Below, in pieces: positions 1 through 7,817 of a stretch of 64,000 nt of DNA. A model generated the notes under the pieces. It had not been told where the DNA came from. It made no database searches and was given only the letters and a program-made list of their open reading frames with translations. The stretch covers positions 1 to 64,000 of the forward strand of contig CAWJPJ010000008.1 in NCBI GenBank assembly GCA_963844715.1, in the 5' to 3' direction. This stretch comes from an uncultured Phycisphaerales bacterium (GTDB lineage Bacteria; Planctomycetota; Phycisphaerae; Tepidisphaerales; Tepidisphaeraceae). The position numbers and the translations under genes are program-made. Position 1 is the stretch's first letter; the number at the start of each line of letters is the position of its first letter.

Positions 1-233
1 CTTTCTTAAATACAAAATAATAGTTAAACCCGATGGATTTAACTAAACCGATTATACCATACAGATACCGAACGTCAAATCTGGCTCGACAGATTTGAGT
101 TCAGCCAGATAGGAATCTCACTCGGCTGGATGCAGGAGATTTGGACCAGAGATACGTAGCCACCGTGAAGAATGACGGCCAATCCTGCGCAACATTTACC
201 CTGGGGAAAGACAGCCAATGCGAATTGAGCCAA

Positions 234-273
234 CAAAGAAGCCGGATCAGGTACGCCCGATCCGGCTTCTTTG
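234..273 (-). terminator. Intrinsic terminator-like hairpin downstream of left parB-like fragment
   Basis: CAAAGAAGCCGGATC(234-248)...GATCCGGCTTCTTTG(259-273); homologous to the hairpin at 6889-6920. Confidence 0.7.
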
Positions 274-293
274 GTTGTGATGGTGGCGATCAA

Positions 294-1779
294 TCAGGCA
301 GCCGAAGCCTGCTCCGATGGCTCGTGCTTCGGCTCATCCCGGAGATTGGACGGCAGCCAAGCGTTCAACTTCGCGGCGAGTTTGGCATCCTCCATGCGGC
401 CCTCGGCTGCCTCGGTAAATAGCTTGGCGAGTTCAGCAACCAGTTCGGATTTCTTCTTAAGCTCGGCTGCCCGTGTGTACACTGGTCCACGCAATTCGCC
501 GATCAGGTGGGCCAGTTGAATCTTCTGGTATCCCGACAGCCAACGCTCATCGGGACGCCAGTAGCGGCGAATCTCCACGCCCAATTCAGAAGCCAGACGC
601 CAGACCAATTCGGTGCGGCGTTGCAGGTGGGCCGTGATGCACTCGACCGTAAGCAAGTCGATCAGTGCATCCAACTTCTTATCCGATAGCGCCTGGAAGG
701 CGTCATAGGCCGCATGATCTTCGACATAATGCTTGTCATGCAGCGGGTCCAACTCGGCTCGGCGCTTGCGGATTCCATCCAGTGCGGCGGACGTGAACCC
801 TTCGGCATTGTCGGCATGAACCGTGCTGCCGTTGGCCTCATGCCGGATTGCCAGCGCTTCACTGCGCACCTTCTCATGCAGAATGATGGCCAGAATCCGC
901 CTGCGGGTTGTGGCGTCTTTCAGCACGGCTTCACGCACGGCCAATGCCTGTTGCGTGAAAGTCGTGGCAAGCTGTCCGTCTTTCAGGTCGTCCGAAGTCG
1001 GCGGCTTCGGCGCATCCGTCGTAGCTATCTCCGGCCGGACCGTTGCCACCGTTCGCGCTTCCCCGATCCGGTCGAACGGGTCCGGGGAATGCGATATCCA
1101 CGCCGAACCCGTCCATCGGGGTCCAGTAGAAGGAAGGCTGTGCCAACCGCCTTGGTCGCCTCGGCATAATGAACGCTCGCCTCTTTGGTGAGCGCTGTTC
1201 CTCGTCGTCCAGCGCTTCCAACTTGGTTTGAACCGTCTCGAACGCGCTTGGTTTGCCCCATTGTCCTCACCGTCCAGTTCCTCCAGTTTGGCTTCCAGCT
1301 TGCCGCGTTTGTCGGCAAGCTTTTGGAGTTTGGCCGTCGTCGCGTCGTCATACTCCTGCGGCGCTTCGGCCATTGCCCACAGCCGATCTTGTACATCCGC
1401 CTGCGGGCCGATGACCACTTCGGCCCAACCGTCCTCGATCAGCTTTTGCCGCTCGGTCAAAAGCGCATCGGCCTGCGCTTCCATGAACGCCTTGCGCTCG
1501 ATCAGGACGCGCTCGGCGAACAAATCCCGGCTGACCGCACCATCTGGCAGTTTGGCCAGATCGAAGGTCGCCGATGCCGCGTCAATCCATGCGTGCGCAA
1601 TTACATTGCGAACGTGCTGTGCGTGCTGGGGATTGCCGCCCACTTCCTGCCAGACTTCCAATTGCCTTTCCGCCGGGACCGATGCGAACGCTTCGGCGGT
1701 AGCGGTGTCAATTCGCGCCCTGGCGATAGGCGGTCTTGACCGGCTCGGCCAGTGTCGCCAACTTCATGCGCTGTCGTAC
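294..1779 (-). pseudogene. parB: ParB-like (ICE-type) protein, 3' half only, paralogue A, truncated by RIT left end
   Basis: Minus strand reads VRQRMKLATLAEPVK from 1779; C-terminal YWRPDERWL...K..L motif; closely similar to 5399-6862; several indels; N-terminal ParB domain absent. Confidence 0.7.
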
Positions 1780-1802
1780 TTATGTGTTGAGTTTAGTTAT
1801 GT
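1780..1802. repeat. RIT left terminal inverted repeat (two TTATGT boxes)
   Basis: Reverse complement of 5376-5398 with 2 mismatches. Confidence 0.9.
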
Positions 1803-1958
1803 GCTCGGCCGTAAGAGATGTTCCTGTGGTCTGTGGGCCTTCTCGCTTCTGATCTGTTACGGCAAGAGCATTATTTTCGTTGGATTCATCCCGTGTGCGC
1901 CATCATTCGATCAGCTAATGCTGTTCCACTCCCACGCCGATACTCGCAACATAACTAA
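1803..1958. ncRNA. Putative structured RNA in RIT leader (two stem-loops; the second contains target-matching sequence)
   Basis: Stem 1 GCCGTAA-G-AGAT(1808-1819)/ATCT-G-TTACGGC(1852-1863); stem 2 AGCATTA(1867-1873)/TAATGCT(1916-1922); transcription not demonstrated. Confidence 0.4.
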
Positions 1959-2018
1959 TTGATCGTCCACGCCTCATTGCCGAAGCAGCGGGCAAAGCCG
2001 ATCTCGATTTGTTCCGCG

Positions 2019-3359
2019 ATGTTTGAGCAGTTTGTCACCCGTCGAAAGCATTTGCAGTTGCACCGCGAAAGCCCGATGCGCGAGGAACGGGAACGTTACC
2101 TGCGGCATCTGGTCGAAGATGGCCGCGCGCTGGAGACGTTCAAACATGCTGCTGGATATACCCTCCATGCTGCCATATTGCTGGACCTCAAGCCTGGACA
2201 GGTTGTTAACGAGGAACAGTTGCGCACGTTGGGTCCTAAATGGCGTGACGGCAACTTTCGCGGCGGCTTGCATCGTAGGAAGCCATCGGCCGCCACCATC
2301 CATAAATTCCTGGGCCGGATAAGACATTGGCTGGCATTTTGCGGACGCATGGAACGTTCGTTCATCCGCGGGCCTTTCGATGATCTGATGCAGGGTTTTA
2401 TCGAGTTCAAGCGCGCCGAACATGGATGGTCGCCCTGTACCGTCGGCATTTACCGCCGCGACGTTGGCCTGTTTCTAGCCTGGGCGGCCAAACATCCGGG
2501 CGGCGATTTGCGGAAGCTCGACGCGCGAATGTTGACGGGCTATCTACAGGAACCACAGTTCACGCGATGGTCGCGGTGCTCCATCGCCAGCCATATCTGT
2601 CACGTGCGCGTGTTCTTGCGCTGGCTCGGCGGTCGGCGCGGTTGCGAACCAACCCTGTGGGACTGCATCCATGCGCCGCGGCTCTATCGCCACGAACGCT
2701 ACCCCCAGGGGCCGACATGGGCACAAGTCCGTGAACTGCTTGATTCAGCCGATACCAACGATCCTGTCGACGTTCGCGATCGCGCGATGATGCTGTTGAT
2801 GGCCGTTTATGGTTTTCGCTCAGGCGAAGTTTGCGGCCTGCGCCTGGAAGATATCGACTGGGAGAATGGGGTCATTCGTCCGCCACGGCCGAAGCTGCAT
2901 CGTGTCGGAACCTATCCGCTCATTTCCACCGTGGGTGATGCCATCGTCGCCTATCTGAAGATCCGGCCCATCTGCCGGCACAGAGAGGTCTTCATTTCCA
3001 TGCTTCAGCCTTATCGCCCGTTGATGTCGGCTGCCACGGTCGTCTGCGACCGCCAGAAGTCGCTGGGCCAAAAGCTCAAGCGTTACGGACCGCACGGCTT
3101 GCGTCATGCTTGTGCAACCCATTTGTTGTCGGAGGGATTCAGCCTCAAACAGATCGGCGATCATCTTGGGCACTCCATCGTTCAGTCCACTGAGATTTAC
3201 GCCAAGGTGGATATGACGAGCTTGATGACGGTGGGCGACGTCGATTTGGGCGAACTGATCGAGTTCAACGCCGCCTGCGAGCGCCGACACTCTCGGCATC
3301 CCGACCGGTTTTGCGCGACGCGATGCGCTCGGCGGCAACTGTATGGTTATGTAGCCTGA
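2019..3359 (+). CDS. RIT tyrosine recombinase A
   Basis: YGFRSGE, HGLRH, LGH, TEIY catalytic motifs; long N-terminal region typical of the first RIT gene; ATG 2019 preferred over TTG 1959. Confidence 0.9.
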   Translation: MFEQFVTRRKHLQLHRESPMREERERYLRHLVEDGRALETFKHAAGYTLHAAILLDLKPGQVVNEEQLRTLGPKWRDGNFRGGLHRRKPSAATIHKFLGRIRHWLAFCGRMERSFIRGPFDDLMQGFIEFKRAEHGWSPCTVGIYRRDVGLFLAWAAKHPGGDLRKLDARMLTGYLQEPQFTRWSRCSIASHICHVRVFLRWLGGRRGCEPTLWDCIHAPRLYRHERYPQGPTWAQVRELLDSADTNDPVDVRDRAMMLLMAVYGFRSGEVCGLRLEDIDWENGVIRPPRPKLHRVGTYPLISTVGDAIVAYLKIRPICRHREVFISMLQPYRPLMSAATVVCDRQKSLGQKLKRYGPHGLRHACATHLLSEGFSLKQIGDHLGHSIVQSTEIYAKVDMTSLMTVGDVDLGELIEFNAACERRHSRHPDRFCATRCARRQLYGYVA

Positions 3360-3369
3360 AGGAGCAGGA

Positions 3370-4302
3370 ATGAAGGTCTCGGCCTGTGTTAACAGTTACG
3401 TGGAGTACCGCCAATCACTGGGCATTGGTTTTTGCAGAGAAAAAGGCCTGCTCCACGCCTTTGCCCGAGCCGTTGGCGATGTCGAGCTGCGGCGCGTGAC
3501 TCCTCAAACAGTGCGCCGCTATCTCGATGGAGATGGCCCCGTCACCAACTATTGGCTCTCCAAGTATCATGCCCTGGCCGGTTTTTATCGGTTTGCGATC
3601 AGCCGCAAGTACGCATCGGCGTCTCCGTTGCCGCGGGACAAGCCTCGTCGGCAGTGGTCGTTCATTCCCTACATTTATTCGGTCGCGGAGATGAAGTCGC
3701 TCTTGGAAGCGACCAGTCAGCGGTATCGCAACTGTTGGTTACTCAGCCCAGCCACCATGAGAACGATTCTGTTGCTGCTATATGGCAGCGGGCTTCGCAT
3801 CAGCGAAGCGTTGGCGCTGAATGTGGAAGACGTGGACCTGCGGGCGAGCATCCTTACCATCCGCCAGACCAAGTTCTACAAAAGCCGGCTGGTGCCGATC
3901 GGCGCTGACCGGCGCAGTCTGCTGATCGCCTACCAAGGCAAGCATCGCGCCGGCGACGCCGGCAATGACAAGCCGTTTCTAACCGATCGCACGGGACGGC
4001 GGATTGCCAAGCAGACCGCGCAACACAGCTACAAGCTCCTGCGCGAACAGATTGGAATCCGCCGACCAACCAGCTTTTTCTTTCAGCCGAGGTTGCATGA
4101 TCTGCGGCATACCTTCGCTGTGAACCGGCTGATTAGCTGGTACCGCGCGGGCAAGAACGTTCAGCAATTACTACCACGCTTGGCGACGTATCTGGGCCAT
4201 CGCAGCGTTCGCGAGACGCAGGTTTATCTGCAACTGACCAGCGAACTGGCCCAGGAGGCAAGCTCTCTCTTCCGCAACTACGCCTTACCGATGGCAGGAT
4301 GA
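3370..4302 (+). CDS. RIT tyrosine recombinase B
   Basis: GLRISE, TKFYKSRLVP, HDLRH, LATYLGH, TQVY. Confidence 0.92.
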   Translation: MKVSACVNSYVEYRQSLGIGFCREKGLLHAFARAVGDVELRRVTPQTVRRYLDGDGPVTNYWLSKYHALAGFYRFAISRKYASASPLPRDKPRRQWSFIPYIYSVAEMKSLLEATSQRYRNCWLLSPATMRTILLLLYGSGLRISEALALNVEDVDLRASILTIRQTKFYKSRLVPIGADRRSLLIAYQGKHRAGDAGNDKPFLTDRTGRRIAKQTAQHSYKLLREQIGIRRPTSFFFQPRLHDLRHTFAVNRLISWYRAGKNVQQLLPRLATYLGHRSVRETQVYLQLTSELAQEASSLFRNYALPMAG

Positions 4303-5312
4303 TGACACAAAAAAGCGTTTTACTGGGTACGTGGATTCGCCGTTTCCTTCTGGAACATCTGGTTGCCGAACGCAATTTATCGCGCAACACACAGCGCAGT
4401 TATCGCGATGCCTTCGCTCAGTTGATGCCTTTCGTCTCCAAGAAGACAGGTGCGGCGGTGGATCGCCTGACAGTCGATGCGCTCTCGCCTGATCGGTTGC
4501 GAAGCTTTTTGTCACACCTGGAATCAGAGCGCAAATGCACCATACGTACTCGCAACCAGCGGCTTGCCGCCATCCACGCCTTCGCTCGCTTTGTCGCCGA
4601 CCATGCACCCGAACACATCGCCTGGTGCTCGGCAATCCGGGTTATTCCATCGAAGCGGTTCCATCGACCGGCGCTGTGCTATCTCGATAAGCCGGAGATT
4701 GACGCTCTGATCGCCGCGCCGGATGTTGCGCGCCAGATTGGTCGCCGCGATCATGCACTGCTGCTGTTTTTGTACAACACCGGCGCCCGCGTGAGCGAGG
4801 CAGTTGCGGTGACGCTGGCTGATATCGAACGCCGCGCCGATGGCGCCGGATCGGTGCGCTTGGTTGGCAAGGGGAACAAAACTCGATTTTGTCCGCTCTG
4901 GCCCACGACGATCGACAAGCTCAAGGAACTGGCTGACAACCGTGCCGAAGGCGAAAAACTGTTCTTAAACCAACGCGGCGAGCCGCTCACACGTTTCGGC
5001 GTTCATGCGTTGGTGTCGCGGCACGTCGACGCGGCCAGCAGGAAAGTCGCAACGCTGGCCAGGAAGCGAGTCGGGCCGCACACGATCCGCCACACCACCG
5101 CAACACATCTACTGCGCGCTGGCGTGGACATCAACACCATTCGCGCCTGGCTTGGTCACGTGTCAATCAATACGACCAACGTGTACGCCGAGATCGACTT
5201 GGAAACCAAAGCAAAAATGCTCGCCACATGCGAGCTCACTGGGCCAAGGTCGTCCAAACGCAAATCATGGAAAGCCAATCCAAAACTGATGGAGTTCTTG
5301 CAGGCATTGTAA
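4299..5312 (+). CDS. RIT tyrosine recombinase C
   Basis: TRNQRLAAIHAF, NTGARVSE, GKGNK, HTIRH, WLGHVS, TNVY; overlaps the preceding stop (ATGA). Confidence 0.92.
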   Translation: MMTQKSVLLGTWIRRFLLEHLVAERNLSRNTQRSYRDAFAQLMPFVSKKTGAAVDRLTVDALSPDRLRSFLSHLESERKCTIRTRNQRLAAIHAFARFVADHAPEHIAWCSAIRVIPSKRFHRPALCYLDKPEIDALIAAPDVARQIGRRDHALLLFLYNTGARVSEAVAVTLADIERRADGAGSVRLVGKGNKTRFCPLWPTTIDKLKELADNRAEGEKLFLNQRGEPLTRFGVHALVSRHVDAASRKVATLARKRVGPHTIRHTTATHLLRAGVDINTIRAWLGHVSINTTNVYAEIDLETKAKMLATCELTGPRSSKRKSWKANPKLMEFLQAL

Positions 5313-5375
5313 AAAATTATGTGGTCACAACAGCCTATCGCGTCCAGGGAAGCCACTGGTTGGTGTGATCTGACA

Positions 5376-5398
5376 ACATAAATATACTCAACACATAA
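5376..5398. repeat. RIT right terminal inverted repeat
   Basis: ACATAAATATACTCAACACATAA, inverse of 1780-1802. Confidence 0.9.
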
Positions 5399-6862
5399 GT
5401 GCGCCAGCGGATGAAGCTGGCCACGCTGGCCGAGCCGGTTAAGGCGGCATACCGCCAAGGCGCAATCGATACCGCGACCGCCGAGGCGTTCGCATCGGTT
5501 CCACCAGAACGGCAATTGGAAGTCTGGCAGGAAGTAGGCGGCAACCCACAGCACGCGCAGCACGTCCGCAACGTGATCGCCCATGCGTGGATCGACGCCA
5601 AATCCGCCACGTTCGACATTTCCAAATTGCCGGAGTCCGCTGTCAGCAAAGACCTGTTTGCCGAGCGCGTGCTGGTGGAGCGCAAAGCGTTCATGGAGGC
5701 GCAGGCCGAGGCGTTGCTTGCGCAGCGCCAAGCGCTGATCGAAGAAGGTTGGGCCGACGTGGTGGTTGGGCCGCAGGGCGACGTGCAGGATCGGCTGTAC
5801 GCTATGGCGGATGCTCCGAAGGAGTACGATGAGCAGACGACCGCCAAGCTCAAAAAGCTGGCCGACAAGCGCGGCAAGCTGGAATCGAAGATCGAGGAAT
5901 TCGACGAGTCGGATCAAGGCGCGTTCGAGGTCGTGCAGACGAAATTGGAAGCACTGGACGACGAGGAACAAGCCTTGACCAAGGATGCCGATGTTCACTA
6001 TGCCGAGGTCACCAAAGCCGTCGGCACGGCGTTCCTTTTGCTCGATCCCGATGGCCGGGTCCGGCGAGAGTACCGCATCCCGCGTCATCGTCAGAACGCT
6101 TCCGGCAACGGCAATGGGCGGGCTGGCGACGGCTCCCTCGAAGCGCCGAAGCCGCCCACTTCCGATGACTTGCGCGAAGCTCAGCTTGCCGTCACCTTCA
6201 CGCATCAGGCGCTTGCGGTGCGCGAAGCGCTATTGGGCGACCATGCCCGCCGCAAGCGGGTCTTGGCGCTGATCCTGCATGAGAAGGTGCGCAGCGAAGC
6301 GCTGGCAATCCGGCACGACGCCAACGGCACGACGGTTCACGCCGACAAGGCCGAAGGCTTCACGTCGGCGGCGCTCGTCAAGCTCCGGGAAAAGCGGTCG
6401 GAACTGGACCCGCTGCATGACAAGCATTATGTCGAGGACGATGCCGCTTACGATGCGATCAAGGGTCTGTCGGAAAGGAAGTTGGATAACCTGATCGACC
6501 TTTTGACGGTCGAATGCGTGACGGCTCACCTGCAACGCAAGACCGCTTTGGTCTGGCGCTTGGCCGAGGAATTGGGCGTGGAGGTGCGTCGCTACTGGCG
6601 TCCTGATGAGCGATGGCTGTCAGGCTACCAGAAGATTCAGTTGGCCCACCTGATCGGCGAGTTGCGTGGTCCGGTGTACGCCAAAGCCGCTGAGACGAAG
6701 AAGAAATCGGAGCTCGTTTCGGAGCTTGCCAAGCTGTTTACCGATGCCACCGAAGGACGCATGGAGGATGTCAAGCTGGCGGCGAAGCTCAACGCATGGC
6801 TGCCGTCCAATCTGCGGGAAACGCCACGGGCGGAGGAGAAAGAGCAGTCGCCGGCCGCATAA
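5399..6862 (+). pseudogene. parB: ParB-like (ICE-type) protein, 3' half only, paralogue B, truncated by RIT right end
   Basis: Open frame begins VRQRMKLATLAEPVKAAYRQGAID (post-HTH motif of ICE ParB-like proteins) directly at the RIT end; no N-terminal domain. Confidence 0.75.
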
Positions 6863-6888
6863 TTCACGCTACGTTGTATTGATCGCTG

Positions 6889-6922
6889 AAAGCCGGATCG
6901 GTTCATCCCGATCCGGCTTTTT
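6889..6922 (+). terminator. Intrinsic terminator
   Basis: AAAGCCGGATCGG/CCGATCCGGCTTT 13-bp stem followed by T tract. Confidence 0.8.
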
Positions 6923-7212
6923 GTCGTTCTGCTGAGGTCGCGCGGGGGAGAGGGTAAACCCTCTCCCCCGATTCCCCCTCACCCTCCCGCCCGCCGCAAT
7001 AGGCTGCCGCCATCCACCGCCGCGTAGCGGTGGCGCGGCCAGTAAACGATGCGTCGCCAATTCAACTGCATCACCAAATCGCGCGCCAATTCGCGTTGAA
7101 CTTGCGCGCTGCGCGCATAAGCGAGGCGCATACTCCCATGTGATCGCACGGCGGGTCGCCGGGAGTTCCGGCGCAACGGAGCGGATCAGGAGTCGATCTA
7201 ATGGAGTCATTC

Positions 7213-7530
7213 ATGCGAAACAACTCACGTTGGCTATGGACTACAGCCGCGGCCGTCGCGGCGGCGCTGGTCCCCAGTGCCGCCTCTGCCGCCGGCACGG
7301 ATATGCCCTGGGAAGGTCCTCTGGACCAGATCGTCCAGAGCCTCACCGGACCTGTCGCCAAGGGCTTGGGGGTGCTGGCCATCGTCTCGGTCGGCTTCGC
7401 TTTCGCGTTCAGCGAAGGGGGCAGCACCCTGCGCCGGGTGCTAGGCGTCGTCCTGGGCCTCTCCATCGCCTTCGCCGCCGCGCAGTTCGGCCTCACCTTC
7501 TTCGGGTTCACCGGAGGGCTGACGTTTTGA
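7213..7530 (+). CDS. trbC: Conjugal pilin TrbC/VirB2
   Basis: Signal peptide, then MPWEGPLDQIVQSLTGPVAK motif and two hydrophobic helices. Confidence 0.9.
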   Translation: MRNNSRWLWTTAAAVAAALVPSAASAAGTDMPWEGPLDQIVQSLTGPVAKGLGVLAIVSVGFAFAFSEGGSTLRRVLGVVLGLSIAFAAAQFGLTFFGFTGGLTF

Positions 7531-7817
7531 AAACGCCATCAACAAGCTCGCTTCATCAGGAAAAGCCCGAAGGTTTTGAGATCCCGCTGAGCATTTCCCT
7601 GACGCAATCGGTGCTCATGGGCGGCGTACCCCGACCGGTGGCGATCCTCAATGGCACGGTGGCGGCGGCCCTGTCCCTGGGCTTGCAGGTCTGGTGGCTG
7701 GGCGTACCCCTGGGACTGGCGATGCACGCGGCGGCGGTGGCGCTGACCAAGGCCGATCCGCTGTGGCTGGACGTGTTCCGCCGTCAGATTCGTTTGCCCG
7801 CTCATCTGGAAGGTTGA
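7527..7817 (+). CDS. trbD: TrbD/VirB3
   Basis: GFEIPLSISLTQSVLMGGVPRPVAILNGT...K.DP.W.DVF.R; position after trbC. Confidence 0.85.
   Translation: MKTPSTSSLHQEKPEGFEIPLSISLTQSVLMGGVPRPVAILNGTVAAALSLGLQVWWLGVPLGLAMHAAAVALTKADPLWLDVFRRQIRLPAHLEG

Larger units (their letters stand above)
1780..5398 (+). mobile_element. RIT (Recombinase In Trio) element, 3619 bp
   Basis: Three adjacent co-oriented tyrosine recombinases bounded by 23-bp terminal inverted repeats (21/23 identical): TTATGTGTTGAGTTTAGTTATGT (1780-1802) and ACATAAATATACTCAACACATAA (5376-5398). Confidence 0.92.

Noticed and set aside
1819..2015. TGTTCC recurring at 1819, 1922 and 2010 with scattered shared words, as a possible CRISPR/TIGR-like array
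   Set aside because: Repeats are too short, spacing is irregular (103 and 88 nt) and similarity is weak; no array can be supported.
294..6862. The two parB halves as long terminal inverted repeats of a composite transposon or an assembly foldback
   Set aside because: They differ at many synonymous and non-synonymous sites, so they are diverged paralogues rather than identical repeats.
6902..6910. TTCATCCCG in the parB terminator is identical to RIT leader 1885-1893
   Set aside because: A 9-mer match somewhere in 64 kb is expected by chance and this one is 1.5 kb from the junction; recorded as a caveat for the guide hypothesis.
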